A stretch of DNA of 64,000 nucleotides from Candidatus Hydrogenedentota bacterium (GTDB lineage: Bacteria > Hydrogenedentota > Hydrogenedentia > Hydrogenedentales > CAITNO01). Positions 19,656-29,985 of the stretch are shown piece after piece. Made by a program: the position numbers and the translations under genes. How positions within the stretch are numbered: the first letter of the stretch is position 1; every line of letters starts with the position of its first letter. The stretch is from positions 168 to 64,167 of the forward strand of contig JAKOTZ010000197.1 of assembly GCA_029776995.1 (NCBI GenBank), written 5' to 3'. The notes under the pieces were generated by a model. The model was given only the letters and a program-made list of their open reading frames with translations. It was not told where the DNA came from and made no database searches.

Positions 19656-21575
19656 ATGCGTCTTCTGATGGGCCGTGTGCGATATCGGATGCTGACTGTT
19701 GGCGGACCGAAATACAGGGCGTTTTGCCTCGCCTTGCTGTTGCTGGCAGGCTGGGGGTATGCCCGGGGATCCGATGAAGCCGCGGGGCCGGCCGTGTGGC
19801 AGGTGGCCGATTTTGGCGCGGTACCGGATGACGGACAGGACGACACGGTTGCGTTTCACCGCGCGGCGGAAGCGCTGATGAAATCCCCCGGCGCAATCCT
19901 GGAGCTGGACGCCGGAACCTACCGGTTGGGCGTGGAGAACAGCCCTCAGCCTGGCGCGGTGACTTTCCGGGATCTCGACAGGGTAACGATACGCGGCCGC
20001 GGCGCGAATGCCACACGCCTGCTGATTACCAGCCCCCGGCACGGCGGCCTGCATTTCATCAGCTGCAGGGATACCCGTGTTGAGCGCCTCTGCATCGACT
20101 ATGATCCGCTGCCCTTTACCCAGGGGCGCGCCCTGGTGGTGAATCGGGACGACGGGTGGTTCGATTTTGCCGTGGATCCGGGGTTTCCCGCGCTTTCGGA
20201 GCCCTGGTTTGCGGATGCGCCTAAACCCTACGGGCAGTGGGGCATGATTTTCGAACGCGACGCCCCGCTGCTGAAACGGGGCGCGCCGGATCATCTGATG
20301 CTTAAAACCTGGCGGCAGATCGCCCGTTCGGTCTGGCGGGTATGGGTGGAGCCCGAATACAAAACCGCGCTGAATGCCCTGAAGCCGGGCGATCGTTTTG
20401 TGCATCTGGCCCGTCATGGCCGGGGGGCGGCCGTCCTGTTCCAGCACTGCCGGGGAGGCGGCGCGTATAACGTAACCATCTGCGCCTCACCGTCCCTGGC
20501 CGTTTGCATGGTGGGGGGAGGGCCGGTTACCTGCGAGGGCGTTATCGTGACGGTGCCGGCCGATTCCGGAAGGCTGATTTCCACCGATGCCGACGGCGTG
20601 CACTGCCAGCAGATGGAAATCGGTCCCCGAATCCTCAACTGCGTATTCCGTTATATGGCGGATGACGCCGTAAACATCTATTACTACCCGGGCAGGGTGG
20701 TGGACCGGCTGAGCGACAGCGTGCTGGTGGCGGACGCCCGGAATGAAATCCGCGCGAATGACCGGCTGATTTTCTTCGACGAACAGGCGGGAGCCGTAAC
20801 CGGCGAGGCGGTTGTTTCCGCGGTGGAACAGGTTCCCGGTGGTGATGGCGCGCCGCGCCTGCGCGTGGTGCTGGACCGTCCCGTACCGGCGGTGCGTCCG
20901 CGGGGCCTTCCGGAGAAGGGCGACGCCGTCTATAATATGAGCCGGTGCGGAAGCGGATTCGAAATCCGGGGCAACCTGATGGCCGCCCATCGGCGGTACG
21001 GCCTGATGCTTAAGGCGCCCGACGGCCTGGTGGAAAACAACCTGCTTGATCAGCTTGGCGGATGCGGCATCGTAATCGGAAATGATCCCTTTTGGCCGGA
21101 AGGCGTTTTGCCGTCCCGGATCCGGATTGCCGGAAACATCCTCAGGGACTGCGGCCGCTCTGCGCATTACGGGGTCAGTCCATGGGGCGCGGCGATTCAG
21201 ATCGGCACATGGTCGCTGGCCGGGCCGGCGCGGGACAGGGCCTGCGGCGTATTCACGCTGAACAATAACCGGGTGCTCAATCCGATGGGTTCAGCCGTAT
21301 CCCTCACTTCGGTGGAGGATGTATCCATTGATACGCTGGGGATCATCCAGTCGCCTCAGGCTGTTCCGCCCAGGGAGGCGCCGCTGATTCGGATTGAAAA
21401 CGCGGATCTCATTGATATCCGCAATGTTACAGCTTCAGCGCCGCGGCCTGAAGTAACTGCCCTGGTCGAGACTTTCGATTCCTGCGGTCCGGATATAGCC
21501 GTAACGGACATGCGCGCCGCGCTGCCGCCGGGTGTTCCCCTGTGGCGCGATTCCCGTTCCGGCAGGAGGCCATAA
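19656..21575 (+). CDS. Secreted right-handed parallel beta-helix (pectin-lyase fold) protein
   Basis: Signal peptide; an N-terminal DFGAVPDDGQDDTVAF motif typical of pectate-lyase-superfamily proteins. Confidence 0.6.
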   Translation: MRLLMGRVRYRMLTVGGPKYRAFCLALLLLAGWGYARGSDEAAGPAVWQVADFGAVPDDGQDDTVAFHRAAEALMKSPGAILELDAGTYRLGVENSPQPGAVTFRDLDRVTIRGRGANATRLLITSPRHGGLHFISCRDTRVERLCIDYDPLPFTQGRALVVNRDDGWFDFAVDPGFPALSEPWFADAPKPYGQWGMIFERDAPLLKRGAPDHLMLKTWRQIARSVWRVWVEPEYKTALNALKPGDRFVHLARHGRGAAVLFQHCRGGGAYNVTICASPSLAVCMVGGGPVTCEGVIVTVPADSGRLISTDADGVHCQQMEIGPRILNCVFRYMADDAVNIYYYPGRVVDRLSDSVLVADARNEIRANDRLIFFDEQAGAVTGEAVVSAVEQVPGGDGAPRLRVVLDRPVPAVRPRGLPEKGDAVYNMSRCGSGFEIRGNLMAAHRRYGLMLKAPDGLVENNLLDQLGGCGIVIGNDPFWPEGVLPSRIRIAGNILRDCGRSAHYGVSPWGAAIQIGTWSLAGPARDRACGVFTLNNNRVLNPMGSAVSLTSVEDVSIDTLGIIQSPQAVPPREAPLIRIENADLIDIRNVTASAPRPEVTALVETFDSCGPDIAVTDMRAALPPGVPLWRDSRSGRRP

Positions 21576-21576
21576 C

Positions 21577-22038
21577 GTGTCGCTGCCACACCTCGACAAC
21601 GATCTGATTGAAGAAATCTTCCGGCGCCTGGACCGGATTCCGCCTGACGCCGCGCCCCGGTGGGGGAAGATGGACCGGGCCGCCATGGTGCGGCACCTGA
21701 TCTGGGCCGTGCGTTATTCCATGGGCCGGTCACCGGAACTGCCGCCCCTGCACAACTGGTTGACCCGGACCCTGGTCAAGCCGGTCCTGCTGGGAGGGTG
21801 GATCCGCATGCCGCGCAATGTTCAGCTTCCCAGTGCATACCGGCGCCGGGGAATCGTGCTGCAGGAGCCCGGCGACGATGAAACCCTGCGCGCCATCCTG
21901 GAGGATTACGTGAACCTCGTCCAGGCGGATGAATTTATCCCCCGCGACCACCCATTGTTCGGGCCCATGACCGTGGACGACTGGGACCGGATGCACGTGA
22001 TCCATTTCGACCACCACCTGCGCCAGTTCGGCGTTTGA
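21577..22038 (+). CDS. DUF1569-like hypothetical protein
   Basis: GTG start directly after the upstream stop codon. Confidence 0.4.
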   Translation: MSLPHLDNDLIEEIFRRLDRIPPDAAPRWGKMDRAAMVRHLIWAVRYSMGRSPELPPLHNWLTRTLVKPVLLGGWIRMPRNVQLPSAYRRRGIVLQEPGDDETLRAILEDYVNLVQADEFIPRDHPLFGPMTVDDWDRMHVIHFDHHLRQFGV

Positions 22039-22078
22039 TGCCCGCCAATAGGGTTTTTGCTCTCCGCGGCGCGGAACT

Positions 22079-23371
22079 TCAGATCAGCGGCATTTCCCCA
22101 GGCACGGCCACCGGCGGCACCGGGACATCTCCCATCTCGGGATGCTTCGGCGGCGTCAGGTCCAGTTTAGATTCCTTCAGGACAAAGTCCCAGGTGACCT
22201 CTTTCCCGGTGTAGGCTGACATCCGTCCCATGATGGCGGTCAGCGTGCTTTCCGTGACCTGTCGGGCCTCGTTCAGGGGCAGATCCTGGCGGATGGCCTC
22301 GATCAGGTGCGTGTGTTCGAGCACATAGGGATCCGCGTTTTCACCGGCATACTGGATAGTCCGCCCGTCGCGCAGGGTCAGCCCTTTACCGGGGTGGCCG
22401 GACCCCAGTGTTCCCGTGATGTATTCTTCCACCCGTTTATCCGTATCCTTCATCTGCCGGCACAGGCTCTGCACGCGGATGCCTCCGGGATATTCATATT
22501 CCACGGAAAAATGGTCGAAAATGTGCCCGTACACCGGATCGGTACGCTGCTGCCGTCCTCCCATGCCCAGGCACTTCACGGGATGGCTTTTCAGCGCCCA
22601 GTTCACCACGTCCAGATTGTGCACGTGCTGCTCCACGATATGGTCACCGGACAGCCAGGTGAAATAGTTCCAGTTCCGCAGCTGCCATTCCATGTCAGAC
22701 CACCCCGGTTCACGGGGCACGCCGGGATAATAGTCATAATCCCCCACCCAGTAGGCGGACGCGGCAACAATTTCGCCCAGCGCCCCCTGATGAATCTGCT
22801 CGATCAGGTACCGGTAAGGCGGCTGGTGGCGCCGCTGGGTGCCCGCGGCGACCTTCAGGCCTTTCTGTTCCGACAGTTCCGCGGCCTGGAGCATCCGGCG
22901 CGCTCCCGCGGGACAGACCGCCACCGGTTTCTCCATGAACACGTGCACCCCTTTGGCCACGGCCGCCTCGAAATGGTCCGGCCGGAATGCCGGCGGCGCG
23001 CACAGCAGCACAATGTCCACGCCGCTGTCCAGCACGCCATGGATGGCGTCAAACCCCGCAAAGCATCGGTCCGCCGTCACGTCGGCCTTGTCTCTCTAGG
23101 CGGCCATTTTTTGCATGGCTTCCCGGGCCCGTTCCGGAAACACATCGCCGACCGCTGTTATGCAGACATTGGCCGCCGCGTCCACGCAGTTCCGGGCCGC
23201 TCCCAGGCCGCGTTTCCCGCACCCCACCAGGCCTACCCGCAGTTTTGCCTCCGACTCGCCGCGCGCGGTCCGCAACACCGCGAACGTGGACACCGCCGCC
23301 GTAACCGTACCGCCAACCAGAAAATCCCGACGCGTCACGATGCTCATCTTTTTGCTCCTTGTTTCCGCCAT
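22079..23371 (-). pseudogene. TAT-signal Gfo/Idh/MocA oxidoreductase (GH109-like) interrupted by a single in-frame TAG at 23096-23098
   Basis: The N-terminal ORF carries an RRDFLVGG TAT signal and a Rossmann motif (LRVGLVGCGKRG). It is in the same frame as the 333-aa ORF, and the joined sequence reads ...EAMQKMAA*RDKADVTADRCFAGFDA..., continuing into the conserved core. Confidence 0.8.
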
Positions 23372-23493
23372 GCGGCGGGAGGGGACCCTTTTATCGAAAA
23401 CTATAATTCGGCGTACGGTAACGGTTCAAATGAAAACGCCGGCGGAAATGCTGAGTTCCGGATTACCCCTGCGTGAACGGGAAGGAAGGAAAA

Positions 23494-23569
<76 letters not shown>

Positions 23570-23943
23570 ACGTAAGGGATGATCTTCGTGTCGGGAACGA
23601 AGCGGCCTTATTATACACGTTTTGTTTTCCCGATGCAATTTTTCGGCATCCTTTGCTGGCCGGTGTCGCGTTGATGGAGGGAGCCTTGCGGGATGTAAAG
23701 CCGTCCGGGGAAAACACCGATGCTTCGCAGCGCCCGGTAACGGATATCACCTGCCTTAATTTTGGGATTGCAACCGCAAACTCGAATTCTGATCATTCTG
23801 CGATAGACTCAACAGCTTGCGTTAAGCTGCGCAAATCAGGCATGCTTATGGAACAGGGGAGATTTCTCCGGCGGCGGTCGGCTCCCGAGCGGAATCGGCC
23901 CGGACAGCGCGCATTGCGGACATTTAACTGCGACTAGAAAGGA

Positions 23944-25500
23944 ATGACAATGGCCCGGATTGTAACAGCGGATGAAGCGGTGGCGAAAATTCCGGACGGC
24001 GCGACAGTGCTGGTAGTGCCCATGCCGTCGGAGGAAATCTATCCGGCTTTTTACAGGGTATTCGAAAAAACCGGATCCCCGAAAGACCTTACGCTGGTCT
24101 GGGCTGCCGGCCTGGGCCCGTTCAGCCCTGAACGCAAGGGCATGAACCATTTCGATTATCCGGGTCTGATGAAACGCGTCATCGGCGCGCACTTCGGGCT
24201 GAACCACGAGGTGGTGAAACTGATCGCCACCAACCAGGTGGAAGCCTACAACCTTCCCCAGGGGGTCATGTGCCAGCTGTACCGGGAAATCGCGGCCGGC
24301 CGCCCGGGACTCTTTACCAAAGTCGGCCTGCACACCTTCGTGGATCCCCGCGTTGAAGGCGGCAAGATGAACGAACGAACCCGCCAGTGTGAAGATATCG
24401 TTGAGGTGGTCTCCATCGACAACGAGGAGATGCTCTTTTACAAGGGGTTCAAACCGGATGTCGGCATCGTCCGCGGCACCACGGCCGATCCCATGGGCAA
24501 CATTACCTTTGAGGACGAGGCCATCTGCATGGAAAATCTGGAAGGCGCCATGGCGGTAAAAAATTCCGGGGGATTCGTGATCGCCCAGGTCGCGCGGGTC
24601 TCCGACACCCCCGCGTCGCCCCACGCGGTGAAGATTCCCTGGCTTTTCGTGGACTACATTGTGGTGGCGTCTTCCCCGGAAGCGCATCCCCACACGCTTT
24701 TTGTCCAGCGCGATCCCAGCTATACCGGCGAAGCGCGCGTGGACCTCGACAAAGAAATTGAGCCCATGCCGATGAACTGGGAAAAGGTCATCTGCCGCCG
24801 GGCCGCGCTGGAATTGAAGCCGGGCATGGTGGTCAATCTTGGTGTCGGCGTGCCGACCGGCGTCGCCCAGGTGGCCTTCGAGGAAGGCTGGCTGGAGTCC
24901 ATCATTCTCAACACCGAGGTAGGCGTGCTGGGCGGGCTGCCCCAGGGCGGGAAAAACTTCGGGCCCGCCAAAAATCCGGTGGCCTTTATGTCCCAGGCGG
25001 CCATGTTCGATTTTTACGATGGCGGCGGGCTGGACGCCACCTGTGTCGGCATGGCCCAGGTCGACGTCGAAGGCAACGTCAATGTCAGCAAACTGGGGCC
25101 GGTGGCCATCGGGTGCGGCGGCTTCATCAACATCACGCAGAACACGAAAAAAGTTATCTTTTGCGGCGAGTTCCGCGCCAAGGGCGCCAAAGTCGCGATC
25201 ACCGATGATGGCCTGTGCGTGGAACAGGAAGGCGCCATGGCCAAATTTGTTGAAAAAGTGGACCAGATCACCTTCAGCGGAAAACAGGCCGCCAAAACCG
25301 GCAACAAAGTGCTGTACGTTACGGAACGCTGCGTCTTCCAGCTTACCCCGGATGGCCTGGTGCTCACGGAGATCGCCCCCGGCATCGATCTGGAACGGGA
25401 TATTCTGGCCCAGATGGCATTCCGACCCAAAATCGCCGAAGACCTCAAACCCATGGACATCCGTATTTTCCAGGATCGGCCGATGGGCATTTCGGACTGA
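23944..25500 (+). CDS. Fused-subunit acyl-CoA:acetate/3-ketoacid CoA-transferase (propionate CoA-transferase-like)
   Basis: About 518 aa, with alpha-like and beta-like halves joined in one polypeptide. Confidence 0.75.
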   Translation: MTMARIVTADEAVAKIPDGATVLVVPMPSEEIYPAFYRVFEKTGSPKDLTLVWAAGLGPFSPERKGMNHFDYPGLMKRVIGAHFGLNHEVVKLIATNQVEAYNLPQGVMCQLYREIAAGRPGLFTKVGLHTFVDPRVEGGKMNERTRQCEDIVEVVSIDNEEMLFYKGFKPDVGIVRGTTADPMGNITFEDEAICMENLEGAMAVKNSGGFVIAQVARVSDTPASPHAVKIPWLFVDYIVVASSPEAHPHTLFVQRDPSYTGEARVDLDKEIEPMPMNWEKVICRRAALELKPGMVVNLGVGVPTGVAQVAFEEGWLESIILNTEVGVLGGLPQGGKNFGPAKNPVAFMSQAAMFDFYDGGGLDATCVGMAQVDVEGNVNVSKLGPVAIGCGGFINITQNTKKVIFCGEFRAKGAKVAITDDGLCVEQEGAMAKFVEKVDQITFSGKQAAKTGNKVLYVTERCVFQLTPDGLVLTEIAPGIDLERDILAQMAFRPKIAEDLKPMDIRIFQDRPMGISD

Positions 25501-25686
25501 CGCCGGCGGACTGAATTTCGGCGCGCGATCCACTGGCTCTGCGGCAGGCGCGCTGGGGTGGGGACTGCGCCGCGTGTTTTCGGGTACTGGAAATTCCCGA
25601 CGCTGCCGTAGGGCGCGCCTGGCGCTGAAACGGTATAATGCGCGCCATATGGTTGTCCTGTTTTATCGTTCCGGGACGCTTTCATC

Positions 25687-26787
25687 ATGGCGGATAATAC
25701 AACCCTGAATGTCGCGGCGCTGGCCGGGCCGGTCCGTGGCCGCCGAAAAGGAACCCTTCTGGTGCCCCCGGTTGAGGCGCGCTACCTGGCCGCGCTGTTG
25801 CGGGAGGCTGCCGCCCAGGATCCCTCCATTACGTTTCGCGTACTGGCCGATGCGGATGGCGCGGCATTGTTTCAGGGTCTTGAAGTAATCCAGCTTCCCG
25901 GGCCGGGAATATGGCCCGCGGGGTGGGGGTTCATCTGTTCCCGGGCGCTGCGGCGCCTGGAGCCGGACCTGGTTATCGCCCCGTTTCGCTTGGCGCCGTA
26001 TCTTCCCTGGAATGTCCGGGCGGTCCTGTTCGGGGCCGATATGCTGGACTGGCCCTTGCCCCTGCAGGCGGCGCCTCCGCCCAAAGGTCCCCAACCTTCG
26101 CTCAAACGGGCGGTGGTCCGCAATGCCATAGACTATTTTGGCCCCTCACGGGCCTTTCAGAAACGGTTCGCCGAACTGTTTGACGTGGGGTTCGACCGGA
26201 TTGCCGTCATTCCGCCCGGTTTGCCTGAACCGGCCGCCGTGCCCGCCTCCGGGCCCGTGGTTGCTCCGCCGTATGTCGTGTATCTCCTGAACCGCCATAC
26301 CCGAGAATTCTGGCCGGCGTTCCTCCGGTTCCGGAAGAAGCATGCCGATCTTCTGCCCGGTTCCCTGGTGGTGGTGGGGGATCGCCCATTCCCGGAGGAC
26401 GGCGGGGATCCGGAAGACCTGGGGCCGATGCTGTGGCTGGAACAGTGTCCCCAGGCGTATCTTGAACGGATTTTCGCGGATGCCGCGGTGGTATGCTGGC
26501 CGGCGCGTGAGGATTATGCCGGCCTGGATCTCCTGTGCGCGTTGCGGGCCGGCGCCCGTATCCTGGCGGTCCGGTCGGGAGCCGCCGTGGAATGGGACGC
26601 GGATGCCCTGGCCTTTTGTGATCCCGCCCATGAGCCCTCCCTGGCCCGGGCCGTGCGGATGCTGCTGGATGAATCCCCCGATATGGCGGCACGCCGGGCC
26701 GCGCGGGAACGCCGCGCCGTGGAGTCCCTGCGGTGGGCCGATGCGGCGTGGAAGCTGATCACGTTGCTTCGCCGCCATGCCGCGTGA
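25687..26787 (+). CDS. Hypothetical protein, possibly a degenerate glycosyltransferase-like GT-B fold
   Basis: Weak resemblance only. Confidence 0.4.
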   Translation: MADNTTLNVAALAGPVRGRRKGTLLVPPVEARYLAALLREAAAQDPSITFRVLADADGAALFQGLEVIQLPGPGIWPAGWGFICSRALRRLEPDLVIAPFRLAPYLPWNVRAVLFGADMLDWPLPLQAAPPPKGPQPSLKRAVVRNAIDYFGPSRAFQKRFAELFDVGFDRIAVIPPGLPEPAAVPASGPVVAPPYVVYLLNRHTREFWPAFLRFRKKHADLLPGSLVVVGDRPFPEDGGDPEDLGPMLWLEQCPQAYLERIFADAAVVCWPAREDYAGLDLLCALRAGARILAVRSGAAVEWDADALAFCDPAHEPSLARAVRMLLDESPDMAARRAARERRAVESLRWADAAWKLITLLRRHAA

Positions 26788-26833
26788 AACAATAACCGCC
26801 AGCGGCCGCGGAATGTGGACGAAGGGGTTTATT

Positions 26834-27445
26834 ATGGTGCACAGCGCGCGCGGGTGGGCTGGTTTTCGAAGGCCCATTCATAAACAATGGGGGGCGGGGT
26901 TGCGCTCTGGCGCATGGTGGCTGTTGCTGGGGGGGATTATGCTTTGTATGGGGGGATGTTCCTTGTTTCCGCCGGACTGGACCCTTTACGTGGGCCAGTG
27001 GCGCAATGATTTCGGAAGCGTGGACTTCAAATACAGGCGTTTCACGCTGGACCGGCGGTTTTCCTTCGGATCTCTCGAGGTGGAAGGCAGATATGAGGCG
27101 GATCCGGTTGCCTATCCCAAGCGGGTGGATCTTGTGCCAACCTGGGTGCGGGTAAAATTTACGGATGGCAGCGGGGAGCAGAAATGGGTATTCCGCTGCA
27201 GCCTGTCGTCCGGGATCCCGGATGAGCTCTACCGGCGGGGGTTGGCGCTGAGCCAGGACAGCGAAGACGTCCGGTCCATGCGGCTGTTGCGGGTGCTGCT
27301 GCTGGCCATGGCCGACGGCAAGCCCCTGGAAGGCATATACGGCATAGTCATTGACTATGGCACCTATCTGCGGCTGGATTTTTCCCTCCCGCCGGAGCCC
27401 CGCCCCTGGGATTTTGGCGCGGGCTGGGTTTCCCTGGAATTCTGA
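26834..27445 (+). CDS. Hypothetical lipoprotein
   Basis: Signal peptide with lipobox LCMGGCS. The start is set at ATG 26834 to avoid overlap with the upstream gene. Confidence 0.5.
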   Translation: MVHSARGWAGFRRPIHKQWGAGLRSGAWWLLLGGIMLCMGGCSLFPPDWTLYVGQWRNDFGSVDFKYRRFTLDRRFSFGSLEVEGRYEADPVAYPKRVDLVPTWVRVKFTDGSGEQKWVFRCSLSSGIPDELYRRGLALSQDSEDVRSMRLLRVLLLAMADGKPLEGIYGIVIDYGTYLRLDFSLPPEPRPWDFGAGWVSLEF

Positions 27446-27449
27446 CCGG

Positions 27450-27899
27450 TCAGCCGGCGGAGTCCTGCTGTTCCGGGCCGGGATGTTCCGGCAGGGCTGG
27501 CGGCCGTTCCCGCCGGCGCTGGTAACGGAGCCGGGTCAGGACCCTGCGAAGTTCGCGGTCCAGAATTACCCCGGCCAGGGCATAGGCCTGGTCAGCGGGG
27601 GTGCTGCCTCCGGCCATTGCCTCCCGGAAGGCGTGTTCCGATATGTCCAGCACGTACAGTGCGGTCATCAGACGGTTGGGGCGGTTCAGCATCATCTCCA
27701 GCACCCGCCGGGCCAGCGCGCGCCGTACCGCTTCTTCAAACGAAGCCTGCTCATCCTGGCCGGGCAGGGAATGATCCAGGGCCACCTGCCATTTCCGGCC
27801 CAGCTCCCGGATCAGGGCCTGGCGGGCCTCCGCTTCGGGATCCGGCGGTTCTTCCGGCAAAAGAGGGTTTTCCGGGGAGGGCTCCTCAGGGCCAGTCAC
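27450..27899 (-). CDS. Hypothetical protein
   Basis: ORF only; 149 aa. Confidence 0.35.
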   Translation of the reverse strand: MTGPEEPSPENPLLPEEPPDPEAEARQALIRELGRKWQVALDHSLPGQDEQASFEEAVRRALARRVLEMMLNRPNRLMTALYVLDISEHAFREAMAGGSTPADQAYALAGVILDRELRRVLTRLRYQRRRERPPALPEHPGPEQQDSAG

Positions 27900-28926
27900 A
27901 GCGGATTTCCTCGCGCCGGCCGCTGGCCGCGCTGTCGTACATGGCCTGGATTACCGCCATGTACCGGATGCCGTCCTCGAAATCGGGATGGTAGGGGGTT
28001 CCCTCGCGGACCGCGGCGATGAAATCCGCTTCCACCCGCCAGTTCTGGACGTCATACGCCTCTTCCGGAAGCGGCGTGATCACCTGGTCCCGGCGGGTTC
28101 CGGAGACGGTCAGCCGGTCTGCCAGGGCGTCATACCGCATGACCCCCCGGTCGCCAAACAGCATGAGCGTCTCTTCCGTCCGGTCGCATACCCCGGAGAT
28201 GAAATACCCCGCGGTGACTTCATGGTCGAAGCCGGCTAGGGCCGTGATCTGGTCCGGGATCCGGATTTCCAGTTCCCCCCCCTGGCCGTCCGGGCGCCGG
28301 GGCGTGAAGATCCGGGTTTCCGCGCTGACCCACCGCGTCATGCCCAGCCACCGGTGCAGGACCTCAATCCACATGCCCAGGGTCTGCATGTTCAGGCCCG
28401 ACAGGCGGTGGTCTTTGCGCCAGGTTACGGGGGCCGACGGGTCCCGCCAGGTGGACTGTGTGCTGTGGACGCATACGTGCCGCGGGTTGCCGATGGCGCC
28501 TTCCTGGAGCAGCCGGAACACGGTCCTGTCCACGCTCAGGCCGAACGGCACCGGGCACAGGCCGGCCACTTTTCCGGACTGCCGGGCTGCCGCCAGCATG
28601 GCCCGGGCGTCTTCCAGATCCATGGCCATCCGCGCCTGGCAGAACACGTGTTTTCCCGACTGGAGCGCCGCCACCGACACCTCGCGGTGCAGGTAGGGCC
28701 AGGTCCCTACAAACACAATATCTATATCATCCCGCGCCACCAGTTCCTGCCATGAGTCGCACACCACCGGAATGCCGAATTCCCGCGCCGCTTTCTCAGA
28801 CGATTCCCGGGTCCGGTTCGCCACCGCCCGCAGCTCGATCCCCGGCAGCTTTTTCAGTCCCGGCACATGCCGCTGGCGGCAGATGCCGCCCAGGCCCACA
28901 AAACCGATCCGAAGTGTATTCATCAA
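27886..28926 (-). CDS. Gfo/Idh/MocA family oxidoreductase
   Basis: IGFVGLGGICRQRH Rossmann motif. Confidence 0.8.
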   Translation of the reverse strand: MMNTLRIGFVGLGGICRQRHVPGLKKLPGIELRAVANRTRESSEKAAREFGIPVVCDSWQELVARDDIDIVFVGTWPYLHREVSVAALQSGKHVFCQARMAMDLEDARAMLAAARQSGKVAGLCPVPFGLSVDRTVFRLLQEGAIGNPRHVCVHSTQSTWRDPSAPVTWRKDHRLSGLNMQTLGMWIEVLHRWLGMTRWVSAETRIFTPRRPDGQGGELEIRIPDQITALAGFDHEVTAGYFISGVCDRTEETLMLFGDRGVMRYDALADRLTVSGTRRDQVITPLPEEAYDVQNWRVEADFIAAVREGTPYHPDFEDGIRYMAVIQAMYDSAASGRREEIRCDWP

Positions 28927-29099
28927 TATTTCTCCCCAGAATCAGCGGTCATATTCTACCATTATGATTCAAAACTCCGGAAATATTATCTACTTCCATA
29001 ACGCATATGGTAAACGATGTTTTCAAGGTTGAAAAATTGCGTATTGTGCTATAATAACTTCGGAAGGATGGCGCGAGGCATTACAGGAGCGAATGCCCG

Positions 29100-29978
29100 A
29101 TGCCGATCACAACGTTCTTTTCCAGGCGGGATGATGAGCGGCAGGAAAATACCGAACGCCGGCTCCGCCAGCGCCTGGTGGTCCACGCCAGGAACGGCAG
29201 AATCCTCTACGGGTTCTCCCTCAGCCTGAATAAAAACGCCGATTCCTTTGTCCTGGACCTGGTGGACCGGAATAACGTCTCCCTCGGCAAATCCATTAAA
29301 GTGCCCTTCGCCGAGCTCAAGGGCGTCTTTTACGTTAAAAGCTTTGACGGCCGTTTCGATCCGGCCATGTTTCCCCACGTGATCCCGGAGGGATCGCTGC
29401 CCGTGGTCCTCGAATTCGTCGATGGCGAAATCATTTCGGCCTATGCTTCTTCCGCGCGGTCTCTGGAAGAGCCCCGGTTTTACGTGGTTCCCCAGGATGA
29501 GCGCGGCAACAACCTCGGCATTCTTGTCGAACGGGACGCGCTCACGGGCCTCTACCGCGCCGAGGAATACCGGCAGCGGCTCAAAACAGAATTCGAAGCC
29601 TACGCGCGCCTGAAAGCCGACAGCGGCCTGCCCAAACAGGAAGTGCTCGGCGATTTCTATTTCGAGCGGCACAATTATATCCGCGCGCTGCAGTATTACC
29701 TGGAAGTGGCCAAAGAGGAAAAAGGGGGAGACGAGCGGCGGCTGATGAAAAAAATCTGCGCCGCCCGCTACAACATCGGCATCTGCCACATGCGGCAGCG
29801 GGACTATGCCAGAGCGCTGCAGTATATGGAACAGGTGCTCAAGATCAATCCGAACTATGAACCGGCGCTTAAGCAGGCCGGTCGCCTGCGGGAAAAACTG
29901 GCCGCCCGGATGGCCAGGACCCAGGATGCGTCATCCAAGTCCGACCCATCCGGCGAGGAAAGCGATTTTCCGGTTTGA
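29100..29978 (+). CDS. Hypothetical protein with C-terminal TPR repeats
   Basis: TPR-like helices (YIRALQYYLEVAKE ... YARALQYMEQVLKINPNYEPALKQAG). Confidence 0.5.
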   Translation: MPITTFFSRRDDERQENTERRLRQRLVVHARNGRILYGFSLSLNKNADSFVLDLVDRNNVSLGKSIKVPFAELKGVFYVKSFDGRFDPAMFPHVIPEGSLPVVLEFVDGEIISAYASSARSLEEPRFYVVPQDERGNNLGILVERDALTGLYRAEEYRQRLKTEFEAYARLKADSGLPKQEVLGDFYFERHNYIRALQYYLEVAKEEKGGDERRLMKKICAARYNIGICHMRQRDYARALQYMEQVLKINPNYEPALKQAGRLREKLAARMARTQDASSKSDPSGEESDFPV

Positions 29979-29985
29979 CGCGTGA

